Below, piece by piece: positions 1 to 9,824 of a DNA stretch of 64,000 bases. The position numbers were made by a program, and so were the translations under genes. The DNA is taken from the NCBI GenBank assembly GCA_021463345.1, contig JAJTYM010000002.1, positions 99,646 to 163,645 on the forward strand. Reading direction: 5' to 3'. The notes beneath the pieces are model-generated. The model was not told where the DNA came from, searched no databases, and saw nothing but the letters and a program-made list of their open reading frames with translations. The stretch comes from Pseudobdellovibrionaceae bacterium. GTDB lineage: Bacteria > Bdellovibrionota > Bdellovibrionia > Bdellovibrionales > JAMPXM01. Numbering within the stretch: the stretch's first letter is position 1; each line of letters starts with the position of its first letter.

Positions 1-289
1 AGCGGCGGACGGCGATGAGCCCCTGTTCGGTCATCGGGATTTTCACGACGACGTTGTCGTGGATCTTCGCGAGCTCCATGCCTTCGGCGTACATTTTATC
101 GGCTTCGAGGCTGACGACCTCCGCGGAAATCGGCCCCTGCACCATCATGCAGATTTCTTTGATGACGTCGTTCATCTTCTTACCGGTCTTCGCGATCAAC
201 GTCGGGTTCGTGGTCACGCCATCGACCCAACCGCGCGCGGTGGCTTCGCGGATCTCGGTGGTATCCGCCGAATCGATGAAAAACTTCAT
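1..289 (-). CDS. tal: Transaldolase / fructose-6-phosphate aldolase family, N-terminal part (gene runs off the left edge)
   Basis: My own minus-strand translation from the ATG (revcomp of 287-289), preceded by AGGAGA, gives [38 protein letters not shown]... This is typical of the short transaldolase/FSA family. It is absent from the ORF track because it is truncated by the window edge. Confidence 0.8.
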   Translation of the reverse strand, partial: MKFFIDSADTTEIREATARGWVDGVTTNPTLIAKTGKKMNDVIKEICMMVQGPISAEVVSLEADKMYAEGMELAKIHDNVVVKIPMTEQGLIAVRR

Positions 290-374
290 GCCGGTCTCCT
301 TGGATTGCAGGCTTTGGAAGGTTGATTTCGGTTTATGATTCAATAGCTTAAAAAGCAAGCGAAGGTTCTGGTGC

Positions 375-1097
375 TTAACGGTCGCCGCGAATGAGATCCG
401 TCATGCTGTACAGACCGGGTTTGCGTCCCGCGATCCAACGCGCCGCGCGCAGGGCGCCGCGCGCGAAGACCTTCCGGTTCATGGCGGTATGTTCGATCGT
501 GAGCGTTTCCTCTTCTCCCATCGCCCAGATTTTGTGAATGCCGAAAACGCCGCCGCCGCGGATCGCGAGGGGGTCCGGCACAGGGCCGACGGCCTCGATC
601 AACTTTTCCTGGAGGAACAAGGCCGTGCCGCTGGGTTTGTCCTTTTTACGCTTATGGTGCGTTTCCTCGATTTGGAACTCGAAACCCTCGAGCGCGAACA
701 AAGCCGCGAGCATCTCCGCCACCACCGCGACGCCCAGACTCATGTTCGGGGCCCAGATCATCGGCGCGGCTTTCGACGCGTCGACCAGGCTTTTCTTCTG
801 CGCCTGGGTGATGCCGGTCACACCGCTGACCAACGCGACCTTATGCGAGGCGCACCAAGCGCAAACCTCGTCGAACAGCTCCGGCAGCGAGAAGTCGATG
901 ACGACGTCGGGGCCGGCTTTGGCGAGATCGGCCACACGACGGCAAGACGACCCGGCACCGGGCACGGCGCCAGGGGAAGAGGCGCGCGAAATCCCGGCGA
1001 CGACAGCGAGCCCCGCGTCTTCGGCGGCGAGCGCGAGAACCTCCCGCCCCATCCGTCCCGAAATTCCGATGAGCGCGATCCTGAGCGGTTTCGCCAT
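375..1097 (-). CDS. dapB: 4-hydroxy-tetrahydrodipicolinate reductase
   Basis: The track ORF is 375..1292. I take the internal ATG at 1097 ([23 protein letters not shown]-binding GxxGxxG) as the start. The [16 protein letters not shown] motif is present. Its ATG overlaps the dapA stop (ATGA). Confidence 0.9.
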   Translation of the reverse strand: MAKPLRIALIGISGRMGREVLALAAEDAGLAVVAGISRASSPGAVPGAGSSCRRVADLAKAGPDVVIDFSLPELFDEVCAWCASHKVALVSGVTGITQAQKKSLVDASKAAPMIWAPNMSLGVAVVAEMLAALFALEGFEFQIEETHHKRKKDKPSGTALFLQEKLIEAVGPVPDPLAIRGGGVFGIHKIWAMGEEETLTIEHTAMNRKVFARGALRAARWIAGRKPGLYSMTDLIRGDR

Positions 1098-1975
1098 CAG
1101 AGAAGCCCCGCCGACCGCATTTTTTTCTTGAGATCGCCGACGTGCGGCTCTCCGAGCGGAACCAAAGGCAAACGCATTTCCGGGGTCGCGATCACGCCCA
1201 TGAGAAAGAGCGCCGTCTTGACCGGGATCGGATTCGCTTCGACGTACAGTTCGTCGATCAGGGGCCTGTGTTCGTCGAAGTCCGCCTTCCAACCGCCGGC
1301 GCGCGAGCGCGCCATGCGGCTCCAGGAGACGAACTTGTCCGGCAGGATGTGTGAGGCAACGGAGATCACGCCGGCGCCGCCCGCTTCCGCCAGCTCGGGG
1401 AAGGTCGCGTCGTCGCCGCTGGTCACGAGGAACCCGGGCCGGCTTTCGGCGATCACGCGCCTGCCGAAGGCGACATCGCCGGTCGCTTCCTTGATGCCTG
1501 CGATGTTCGGTGCGAGGCTGAGCTGCGCGATCGTCTCGACCTCGAGCCTCGCGATCGTCCTCCCTGGCACGTTGTACAGCAAAACCGGCAAACCGCTCGC
1601 CGCCGCGACCGCCTTGTAATGCGCGACCAAACCGCGTTGCGGAGGCTTGTTGTAGTAAGGGACGACGACGAGCGCCGCATCGGCGCCTAAGGCCTCAGCC
1701 TCGCGCGTGGCTTCGATCGTTTCCGCCGTGTTGTTGGAGCCCGTTCCCATCACGAGCGGCACCTGCCCCCCGCTCTCGGCGCGCACGACCCGGAAGATGT
1801 CGGCTTTTTCCTTTTTCCCGAGGCACGGGCTTTCAGCCGTCGTTCCGTTGATCACGAATCCCTCGACGCCCCTGTCCAACTGGAACCGAACAAGTTTCTC
1901 GAGCGACGGCGTATCGACCGCACCGTCTCGGAACGGGGTGACCAAGGCGGTGAAAACGCCGGAAAGGTCTTTCAT
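1097..1975 (-). CDS. dapA: 4-hydroxy-tetrahydrodipicolinate synthase
   Basis: The track ORF is 1097..2008. The likely start is MKDLSGVFTALVTPF at 1975, which overlaps the dapF stop (ATGA). The sequence is DapA/NAL-family throughout (INGTTAESPCL...). Confidence 0.9.
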   Translation of the reverse strand: MKDLSGVFTALVTPFRDGAVDTPSLEKLVRFQLDRGVEGFVINGTTAESPCLGKKEKADIFRVVRAESGGQVPLVMGTGSNNTAETIEATREAEALGADAALVVVPYYNKPPQRGLVAHYKAVAAASGLPVLLYNVPGRTIARLEVETIAQLSLAPNIAGIKEATGDVAFGRRVIAESRPGFLVTSGDDATFPELAEAGGAGVISVASHILPDKFVSWSRMARSRAGGWKADFDEHRPLIDELYVEANPIPVKTALFLMGVIATPEMRLPLVPLGEPHVGDLKKKMRSAGLL

Positions 1976-2823
1976 CGTAAAATCTCCTCCGCCAGCCGAC
2001 CGGCGCAAACGTGCGTCGCGGGCCCGATCAAAACCACTTTCCCCGAACGCGTTTCGAAGCGCACGCGGAGCTCGCCCCCCGGCGTCTCTAAACGCGCCTC
2101 GCGCGCCTGCCCGGGCGGCGCCGCGCTCGAGATCCCGAGACCGACGGCGGCCGCGGCGAGCACGCCCGTCCCGCAGGACAACGTGAAATCCTCCACACCG
2201 CGCTCAAACGTGATCGTGCGCAGCTCGACCGGGCCTCGACGTTCGAAAAAAGTCACGTTGGCGCCGCCTTCGCCGATCTCGGGGTGGAAACGCAACGCGC
2301 TGACGTCGGCCGCGCGGGCCTTGACGTTGTCGACCGAATCCAGCTCGACGACGACGTGAGGGACGCCGGTATCGATGAGAACCGCTCGATGCCCGCGACC
2401 GTCGGTCGAATACGCGATCTCCCTGGGCTCCAGCCGCAGAAACGCGAGTTCGGCGTGAAACTCCCCTTCGACATGGCTGACATCGATCGGGCCACGCGCG
2501 GTGAGGAACCGCACCGTTTCGCTACGCAACCATTCGCGCGCCCAGAGACCCATGCACCGAAGAGCGTTACCGCACATGGCCGCCTGTGATCCGTCGCTGT
2601 TGAAAAAGTCCCACTTGAGCGCTGGCTCGCCTTCGTTGCGCTCGACGAACACGACGCCGTCGGCCCCCACTCCGTTGTGCCTGTCGGCGGCGCGAATCGC
2701 CAACTCGCCCCTCGAGAGCCGAGTGAACTCGCTGAGCGGGCGTTCCCGCAAGTCGAAGAAGAGGAAATCGTTCCCCGTTCCGACGATCTTATCGAACGCG
2801 AGCGGCGACGCGGGCGCGTTCAT
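1972..2823 (-). CDS. dapF: Diaminopimelate epimerase
   Basis: The 283-aa product starts FDKIVGTGNDFLFFD and carries the two catalytic-Cys contexts (MCGNALRC, SCGTG). Its ATG at 2821-2823 overlaps the stop of the upstream mini-lipoprotein gene. Confidence 0.9.
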   Translation of the reverse strand: MNAPASPLAFDKIVGTGNDFLFFDLRERPLSEFTRLSRGELAIRAADRHNGVGADGVVFVERNEGEPALKWDFFNSDGSQAAMCGNALRCMGLWAREWLRSETVRFLTARGPIDVSHVEGEFHAELAFLRLEPREIAYSTDGRGHRAVLIDTGVPHVVVELDSVDNVKARAADVSALRFHPEIGEGGANVTFFERRGPVELRTITFERGVEDFTLSCGTGVLAAAAVGLGISSAAPPGQAREARLETPGGELRVRFETRSGKVVLIGPATHVCAGRLAEEILR

Positions 2824-3032
2824 CGTCCCAGCCTCGGGTCCTCGTCCCCCTCTTCCGCTTCGGAAGGGACGGGCGGGACGTTTTGGAATTTGAACTGCTC
2901 GGTGGCCCGACGGAACGTCGGGCGGCCGCGACCGATTTCAGGCGGGGCCTCCGGCGGCTGCGGGCGGCCGCGCACGCCGCAACCGCAAGCGAAGGAAAGG
3001 GCCGCGATCGACAACATGATTCGTTTATTCAT
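2820..3032 (-). CDS. Small (70 aa) lipoprotein, LptM/YifL-like
   Basis: MNKRIMLSIAALSFACGCGVRGRPQPP has a signal peptide plus a GCGxxG-P motif, followed by a Pro-rich acidic tail. It sits immediately upstream of and overlapping dapF, the position occupied by yifL (lptM) in E. coli. Confidence 0.6.
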   Translation of the reverse strand: MNKRIMLSIAALSFACGCGVRGRPQPPEAPPEIGRGRPTFRRATEQFKFQNVPPVPSEAEEGDEDPRLGR

Positions 3033-3963
3033 CGCTCTTTCCCGGCGGGATAGCGCCCTTGGGCGCGCCGCTCTTCAGATACTCCTCGACGGACCCCTTG
3101 TGCTTACACAAATCGATGTCCAGAGAGTAGCTTTTCTTCGCGCGCGGCGTGAGGTTCTGGCACAGCCGGACGTACTTGCCGGCGGCGGCTCGATCCGCCT
3201 GGGCCGAGTCGAACGACAGCTTCCATTTCCAATAATGAACATCCGGATACTCGGGCTGCGCCGACTCCCAGGCTCCGAGGGTTTGACGGGCTTTTTTGGA
3301 TTCCCCCCGTCGCAGGAAATCGCGAATCTGCAAGCCGCGGGCGAATCTTTCCACGGGCGCCAGGTCGACGTCCGTCGATGCCAGGAGGGCGCCGACCTTT
3401 TCATCGAGCCCGGCGCAGTCGAAGGCCTGCAGGCGCAGCAGGCGGACCTCGCCCGAAACGGGATTGAACGCCTCGGCCTGGGCGGCGACGGCGCCGGCTT
3501 GGTCGCATTCGCCCAGCGCCAAGTGCGCGCGGGCGAGCGCTTTCAGCACGCTCACGTTCCCTTCCTCCGCGCGCAAGGCCGCCTGATAATGCTCGATCGC
3601 TTCGCGCGGCTTCGTTTCAACGACGGATTCCGCGAGCGAGTGGAGCATTTGGCCCTTCTCGGTGTAAAGCAGCCCGCTCAACTCTTCGAGCGCCTTGGCC
3701 AGCTCGCGATACGCGGGCGACCCCTTGTTCTCTTTCCTCAGCCCTCTCACGAGGACTTGGCTCGCCTGCAGGCGATCCCTTTGCAAAGTCAGGTTGCGGG
3801 CTTTTTCGATGAGATCCTTATGCGTTTCGAGCCTTGGTTTTGCCGCGGTCCCCGACGACCGGTTCACGCCCGGCTGCGGGTTCGCGGTCGCTTCGCCGGC
3901 GACGGCCGCCGGCGCCAATGTCAGGAACGCGAGAAAAAGTCTAAGCGCGTTTTGAGCCGGCAT
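3025..3963 (-). CDS. Secreted TPR-repeat protein
   Basis: The track ORF is 3025..4017. The likely start is MPAQNALRLFLAFLTLAPAAVAG (signal peptide) at 3963. TPR-like A/L/Y-rich helical repeats are present (AIEHYQAALRAEEGNVSVLKALARAHLALGECDQA...). Confidence 0.7.
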   Translation of the reverse strand: MPAQNALRLFLAFLTLAPAAVAGEATANPQPGVNRSSGTAAKPRLETHKDLIEKARNLTLQRDRLQASQVLVRGLRKENKGSPAYRELAKALEELSGLLYTEKGQMLHSLAESVVETKPREAIEHYQAALRAEEGNVSVLKALARAHLALGECDQAGAVAAQAEAFNPVSGEVRLLRLQAFDCAGLDEKVGALLASTDVDLAPVERFARGLQIRDFLRRGESKKARQTLGAWESAQPEYPDVHYWKWKLSFDSAQADRAAAGKYVRLCQNLTPRAKKSYSLDIDLCKHKGSVEEYLKSGAPKGAIPPGKSDE

Positions 3964-4034
3964 TCGGATCCCCCTCGGGAAGGATCGCAGAATGCCTCGG
4001 GTCCACCGCGACGTCAAACCGCGCCGGAAGCGGC

Positions 4035-6500
4035 TCAGGCTTCTTTGTTGTAAGAACTGATCAAGACTTGGCGCGGCTTGCTGCCGTTGGCGCCGCCAAC
4101 GACGCCTTCACGCTCGAAGATCTCGATCATCCGCGCCGCCCGCGGGTAGCCCAATCGGAATTTGCGCTGCAAGAGGCTCGCGCTGACTTCCTTCTGCGAA
4201 GAGACCCAGGCGAGCACCTCGTCGTACTTGTCGTCGTATTCGCCGTCGCCACCGCCATCGCCCAGCGGATCGTCCTCGTCGCCAGCGGAACCGCCGTCAC
4301 CGCTCAGATCGAAGCCGCCTCCGGTCCCATCGAGCGCTTTCATCGCGGCGGGGTCGTATTGCGGCTCGCCTTGCTCCGCCCAAGACTGCATCACGGCCGC
4401 GATCTCGGGCTCCGAAACCCACGGGCCGTGGTGGCGTTGAGGTTTGGACACCCCGGGCGCCAGGAAGAGCATGTCGCCTTGCGCGAGCAGGCGCTCGGCG
4501 CCCGCGTCGTCGAGGATGATGCGCGAATCCATTTTGCTGGCGACCTTGAAACTGATCCGACCCGGGATGTTCGTCTTGATGAGGCCGGTGACGACGTCCT
4601 TGCGCGGGCTCTGCATCGCGAGGACCAAGTGGATGCCGCAGGCACGGGCCATCTGCGCCAGGCGCACGACCGCTTGCTCGACGTTTTGCTTGTCGACGGC
4701 CATCAGGTCGCCGAACTCCTCGACAACGATCACGATGTAAGGTTGCGCGGCATAATAGTATTGCTCGGGCTTGCGGTTCTCCCGCTCGGCCGCCTCGTTG
4801 AATTTCTCGTGCTCTTCGACCTGCTGCTTGGTGAACGCCTCGCAGATCTCGTTGAACTGCTCGATGCCGCGGGCGCCGAAGCGGGACATCGAGCGATACC
4901 GTTTCTCCATCTCGCGAATCGCCCACTTGAGCGCCGTGACCGCTTTGCGCGGCTCTCGGATCGGCGGCATCAGCAGGTGCGGCACGGCGCTGAACGCCGC
5001 GAGATCGACTTGCTTCGGGTCGACGAGGATCAGGCGGAGCGTCTTCGGCGAGTGGCGGAAGAGCAGCCCGGTGATCGCGCCGACCACGAAAACGGATTTG
5101 CCAGAGCCCGTGGTCCCGGCGACCAGCAAATGCGGCATCTTGCGCAGGTCGACGACTTTCGTTTCGCCGTCGGCCTGGCGACCGAGCGCGAGCGGCAGCT
5201 TCATCTTGTCGGACCAGAACTCTTCGTGCGCGAGGATGTCCTTCAGGTAAACGGTCTCGCGGAACGAATTCGAGGTTTCGATGCCAACCACGTCGCGACC
5301 GGGGATCGGCGCGATGATCCGGACCGATTCGCTCGAGAGGGCGAGCGACAAGTCGTCAGCGAGTTCCGTGATCTTGGATATCTTCACGTCGGCCGACGGC
5401 TTGAATTCGTACATCGTGACCGCGGGTCCAGGTTTCGCGCCGCGGACTTCGCCACGAACCGCGAACTGCGCGAGTTTGTCGACCAGTATCTCGGATTTGC
5501 GCAGGATCTCGCGCTCGTCGACGCGGGTCCGGGACGCGGGTGGGTCTTCGAGCACCGAGATGTCGGGCAACTTCCAGTTCTCGACCCGCCGCTCGATCTT
5601 GGCCGTCATCTTCACCCGGCGGCGAGGCACGGGGCCACCGGCCGGAGACGCTGAAAGCGGGCGGCTCCCGGCTTCTGCTCCGCTCGTCCCGGCGCCGTCA
5701 TCATCGGCTTCGAGTCCGAAAAACCGCGCCGCGCGCCCAGTGATCCTGGACGCGACCGATCCCTCCTCGTCTTCCGCACCGGCTCCATCTCCGCCCGCCC
5801 CGCCCTCGGCTCCCGCCCTGGAGGCTGAGCCGAGAAGGGGAAAACGAAATTTCGCCGGCGCAGCGGGCGTCGCTCCGGATGCGGCGCTCGCGGACAACGG
5901 CGCCGGCAGCGGAGCGAAGCCGGAGAAGAGCCGCTTGATCCTCAGTTTGTCGACGACCTCGAATGCCAGCAGACGCGACGAAGCGAACAGCTCGCGCAGG
6001 CCGCGCTCGGTGTAAAATACGAGCAGCACGAGCGCGACGCTCCAGAGGATCACCGAGACGCCGAGGCGGTTGAAAACCGCGACCAAGCCTTTGCTGACGA
6101 CGAGGCCGACCGCGCCGCCGAGGGGCACATGCCGATCGAACACTTTCGCATCGGGGAAGTACAACGCCAACAGGCTCGAAAGCGTCACGAGCAGCAGAAC
6201 CGCCCAAAGGGCCCGGGCGCCGATGAACGGCGCCGGCCGGCTCTTGAGAGCGCCCCATGCCATTCGGCCCGCGACCGCGACCAGGAGCCATGCGGAAACG
6301 CCCCAAAGCTGATAAAAAATATCCGCTAAAAAGCTGCCGAAGTAACCGCAGTAGTTATGGACCTCGAGACCCGTGCCGATGGAATTGAAAGACGGGTCCG
6401 TCGGTCTGAAACTGACCAAAGCCAGCCCCAGAAACACGCCGGTGGCGACCCAGATGATGCCTATGATATCGCGCTGGAACCGCTGAAAGAAAACACTCAT
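4035..6500 (-). CDS. ftsK: DNA translocase FtsK
   Basis: The protein has N-terminal TM helices, a Gly/Ala/Asp-rich linker, a motor domain with Walker A (GTTGSGKS) and a C-terminal gamma winged helix (SASLLQRKFRLGYPRAARMIE). I take the start at MSVFFQRF (6500), but the track ORF extends to 6623, so the start is uncertain. Confidence 0.9.
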   Translation of the reverse strand: MSVFFQRFQRDIIGIIWVATGVFLGLALVSFRPTDPSFNSIGTGLEVHNYCGYFGSFLADIFYQLWGVSAWLLVAVAGRMAWGALKSRPAPFIGARALWAVLLLVTLSSLLALYFPDAKVFDRHVPLGGAVGLVVSKGLVAVFNRLGVSVILWSVALVLLVFYTERGLRELFASSRLLAFEVVDKLRIKRLFSGFAPLPAPLSASAASGATPAAPAKFRFPLLGSASRAGAEGGAGGDGAGAEDEEGSVASRITGRAARFFGLEADDDGAGTSGAEAGSRPLSASPAGGPVPRRRVKMTAKIERRVENWKLPDISVLEDPPASRTRVDEREILRKSEILVDKLAQFAVRGEVRGAKPGPAVTMYEFKPSADVKISKITELADDLSLALSSESVRIIAPIPGRDVVGIETSNSFRETVYLKDILAHEEFWSDKMKLPLALGRQADGETKVVDLRKMPHLLVAGTTGSGKSVFVVGAITGLLFRHSPKTLRLILVDPKQVDLAAFSAVPHLLMPPIREPRKAVTALKWAIREMEKRYRSMSRFGARGIEQFNEICEAFTKQQVEEHEKFNEAAERENRKPEQYYYAAQPYIVIVVEEFGDLMAVDKQNVEQAVVRLAQMARACGIHLVLAMQSPRKDVVTGLIKTNIPGRISFKVASKMDSRIILDDAGAERLLAQGDMLFLAPGVSKPQRHHGPWVSEPEIAAVMQSWAEQGEPQYDPAAMKALDGTGGGFDLSGDGGSAGDEDDPLGDGGGDGEYDDKYDEVLAWVSSQKEVSASLLQRKFRLGYPRAARMIEIFEREGVVGGANGSKPRQVLISSYNKEA

Positions 6501-6819
6501 GCACTCAGTGTAAAAGAGCGTTAAATCCGCGCCTAGTCTGGCTTTTCCGCTCTTGACTTTGGTCCCTTCGGTTCCTAGAGTCCGCGCTCGCGCGGCACGC
6601 ATCAGCATCGGGAAAGCACCCAAAAAGGCCTCAGCGAGAAACGCGGTTTTTTTGAACGGCGCGCAACCGGTGGTTCAGCTAATGAGCGCACGCCGCGGGC
6701 GAGAGAACCTTCCCGTTGGCGGGAGGGGCAACGGAGGATCCGGCGCCATCAGGGATGTCTTCCGGCAAAGTTTTCCCCAGTCGGAGGTCGCGAACCACGG
6801 GTTCGCGCGCGTGGTAACG

Positions 6820-7470
6820 ATGACGGAGCTAAAACTCAAGATCAACGAAATCTTCTACAGCATCCAAGGGGAGTCGTCCTACGCCGGCCGACCGACGGTC
6901 TTCGTGCGCACCACGGGCTGCAATCTGCGCTGCGGGTACTGCGACACCGTTTACGCCTATTACTCCGGCTCCATGACGACGCTGTCGGCCGTTCTCGCCG
7001 AGATCGAAAAGCACAAAACGAAATTCGTCTGCGTGACGGGCGGCGAACCGCTCCTGCAAGACGCCGTCTTGCCGCTGATGACGGAGCTCTGCGACCGCGG
7101 CTACAACGTCTCGCTCGAGACGAGCGGGTCGGTCGATTGCTCGGCCGTCGACCCGCGCGTGAAGAAGATCATCGATGTGAAAACCCCTGGCAGCGGAGAG
7201 GTCGCGACGTTCGATCGCGCGAATTTGAAATTCATCGATGTCAACACGGAATTCAAATTCGTGATCTGTTCGGAAGAGGACTTCAATTGGTCCGAAAACT
7301 TCGCGCGCGAAAACGGGCTTTTCGAACACGGCAATGTGTTATTCAGCCCCTCGTTCGGGCGGGTTGACGAAAAATGGCTTGCCAAAAAAATTCTTTCTGA
7401 AAGCTCATCTGCACGCTTGCAACTGCAGCTTCATAAGTATATTTGGTCTCCCCACAGTCGAGGCGTATGA
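6820..7470 (+). CDS. queE: 7-carboxy-7-deazaguanine synthase (radical SAM)
   Basis: MTELKLKINEIFYSIQGESSYAGRPTVFVRTTGCNLRCGYCDT matches the QueE N-terminus with the CxxxCxxC cluster motif. The 5' part of track ORF 6553..7470 is a spurious extension. Confidence 0.85.
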   Translation: MTELKLKINEIFYSIQGESSYAGRPTVFVRTTGCNLRCGYCDTVYAYYSGSMTTLSAVLAEIEKHKTKFVCVTGGEPLLQDAVLPLMTELCDRGYNVSLETSGSVDCSAVDPRVKKIIDVKTPGSGEVATFDRANLKFIDVNTEFKFVICSEEDFNWSENFARENGLFEHGNVLFSPSFGRVDEKWLAKKILSESSSARLQLQLHKYIWSPHSRGV

Positions 7471-7601
7471 GTCCGATCGCGACGCCTGCCGGCCACCAAA
7501 GGCGGGCAAGTCGAGAGCGGTCATTGAACCGTTGGCTTGGCCGACGGCCGGCTGAAGCTTGAGTCGGTGATTTGAATCAGTGAATTGAATCGGTGAGGGG
7601 T

Positions 7602-7901
7602 ATGACACCTAGTTTGAATCACTCGGATAATCTTTTTGTCGCGAATCTCCAATCCGTCAGCCTTGAGAAGCTCGTGAAAAGCAAGCTGGAGGTTCTTTTC
7701 CAGCAACAGAAAGAAGCGCAGGTCGAGCTGAACGGCCTCTACAACATCGTCATCGAACAAGTCGAAAAGCCGCTCATCGAACTGGCCCTCATGTCGAACA
7801 ACGGCAACCAAGTGAAGACCGCGCAGGTCCTTGGCATCAATCGAAATACATTGAAGAAAAAAATCGACGCGTACAAAATCCGCGTCCGTCGGGCGAATTG
7901 A
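7602..7901 (+). CDS. Fis-family small DNA-binding protein (C-terminal HTH_8)
   Basis: The C-terminus NGNQVKTAQVLGINRNTLKKKIDAYKI is a Fis-type helix-turn-helix. The ATG at 7602 follows GGTGAGGGG. The track start at 7593 is a GTG. Confidence 0.75.
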   Translation: MTPSLNHSDNLFVANLQSVSLEKLVKSKLEVLFQQQKEAQVELNGLYNIVIEQVEKPLIELALMSNNGNQVKTAQVLGINRNTLKKKIDAYKIRVRRAN

Positions 7902-7912
7902 CGCACGCTGGA

Positions 7913-7936
7913 CGCCGGTCGGAACCGCGTTTTTTT
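7913..7936 (+). terminator. Candidate intrinsic terminator after the fis-like gene
   Basis: The stem is CG(C)CGGT / ACCGCG with a CGGA tetraloop and one bulge, followed by seven T residues (7930-7936). Confidence 0.5.
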
Positions 7937-8181
7937 GTCATTCCATCCCTCGTTTTCTTGCTCAGTCTTGCATCAGCGGGCCGCCCTGTCGAACGCAACA
8001 ACGAATAGACCCGCGAATTTGCCCCGCCCCCGGCTTCAGAACCCTAGCCGCGGGGATGGGACACGACGAGCCCGGAAAACCGCTGCTGGCGAGCGTTCCA
8101 AGCCCACTGACCTGTGGAACTCCGAGCGAAGTTGGGGGATGATAGCTCCTCTGGGAGCGATGCGAAGGGAGAGCTTGAGCC

Positions 8182-9588
8182 ATGGCGATGCGCGTGCCGC
8201 CGCACAATCTGGATGCCGAGATGTCCGTTCTCGGCGGCCTTATGGTGGATCCGTACGCATGGAACGAGATCACGGGGATCATCTCCGAAGACGACTTCTA
8301 CAAGCAATCCCATCGCCGCGTCTTCTCCGCGATCCAAGATCTCGCGATCCGCTCCCAGCCGGTCGACATCATCACGGTCTCCAATCTGCTCAGCGACCGA
8401 AAAGAGCTTGAAGCCATCGGCGGCGCAGCGGCCCTCGCCGACATCATGAACTCGACGCCCACGGCGGCGCACATCGGCACGTACGCGCAGATCATCCACG
8501 AAAAAGCGCTGCTGCGGACGTTGATCCACATGAGCGGCGAAATGGTCGAAAAGGCCTACAATGAATCCTACACGGACGTGGAGTCCTTTCTCGACGAGGT
8601 CGAAGGCAAGATCTTCTCGCTCGCCGACAAAAAAAAACAGGGCGGCCTCACCGGCGCGGCTGAGCTCATCAAAGCCAGCATCGACAGGCTCACGGAGCTT
8701 TCGAGCAAAAACGCGGAATTCACGGGTATCCCGAGCGGCTTCAAACAGCTCGACAAGATGACCTCCGGTTTCCAACCAGGCGAACTCTCGATCATCGCGG
8801 CTCGCCCGTCGATGGGCAAAACCGCGTTTTCGCTCAATATCGTCCAGCATGCGGCGATTCATCAGAAAAAATGCGTCGCTTATTTCTCGGTCGAAATGGC
8901 CAAAGAGCAGATGATGATGCGCATGCTGGCCTCGGAAGCTCGCGTGAATTTAGGCGACCTGCGCGTGGGCAGCGTCAACGACTCGGCTTGGCCGCGCCTC
9001 ATCGACAAAGCCGCTAAAATGGCCGAAGCCAAGATTTTCATCGACGACACGTCGAGCATCAGCCCGTTCGAAGTGCGCGCCAAATGCCGGCGCCTCCAAG
9101 CCCAGCACGGCCTGGACATGATCGTCATCGATTATCTCCAGCTCATGGATCTCAAAACGAAGGTCGAATCGCGCGAACGGATGATCTCGGAAATCTCGCG
9201 CACGCTCAAAGCCATCGCCAAGGAGCTGCGGGTTCCTGTCCTGGCCCTGGCGCAGCTCAACCGGGGGGTCGAAGGCCGCTCAGACCGCCGCCCGATGCTA
9301 TCCGACCTGCGCGAATCGGGTTCGATCGAACAAGACGCCGACGTCATCATGATGCTGTACCGCGAGGACTACTACGACCGCGACAACCCGGAAGTCCGCG
9401 GGCTCTCGGAAGTCATCGTCGGCAAGCAGCGCAACGGCCCCACCGGCACCGTGAAATTGAGGTGGGAAGCGAGCATCGGCCGTTTTTCCAATCTCGAGGA
9501 CGGCGGCTCCGAGCACCCGCTTCCGCCGCCGCCCACCCCCATCCACATGGGCAAACCACGCAACGTCGCTCCAGGCGCCGGCGCGTGA
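8182..9588 (+). CDS. dnaB: Replicative DNA helicase DnaB
   Basis: The 468-aa product begins PPHNLDAEMSVLGG and has Walker A (ARPSMGKTAF) and RecA-like motifs (DYLQLM, LAQLNR). GGGAGAG precedes the ATG. Confidence 0.95.
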   Translation: MAMRVPPHNLDAEMSVLGGLMVDPYAWNEITGIISEDDFYKQSHRRVFSAIQDLAIRSQPVDIITVSNLLSDRKELEAIGGAAALADIMNSTPTAAHIGTYAQIIHEKALLRTLIHMSGEMVEKAYNESYTDVESFLDEVEGKIFSLADKKKQGGLTGAAELIKASIDRLTELSSKNAEFTGIPSGFKQLDKMTSGFQPGELSIIAARPSMGKTAFSLNIVQHAAIHQKKCVAYFSVEMAKEQMMMRMLASEARVNLGDLRVGSVNDSAWPRLIDKAAKMAEAKIFIDDTSSISPFEVRAKCRRLQAQHGLDMIVIDYLQLMDLKTKVESRERMISEISRTLKAIAKELRVPVLALAQLNRGVEGRSDRRPMLSDLRESGSIEQDADVIMMLYREDYYDRDNPEVRGLSEVIVGKQRNGPTGTVKLRWEASIGRFSNLEDGGSEHPLPPPPTPIHMGKPRNVAPGAGA

Positions 9589-9824
9589 ATCCGGTGCGGA
9601 GGCGGGCATGCCGTTCTCCTTGGCTCTTCTGATTGGCGGAATCGCCCGCCCTGGCGCGCGGATGCTCCGAGTCTAGTCCAGAATCACGGATGCAGCCTTG
9701 AAATCCGTTGAGCGACCCTTAACCGCTTGCTCAAATCAGGTGTCCAACGAACAGATGGTGGAGCGCGCAGGAAGGTCTAAAAACCTTTCCTGAAGCGATT
9801 TTGCGGCCTTTTACAACCACAAGG

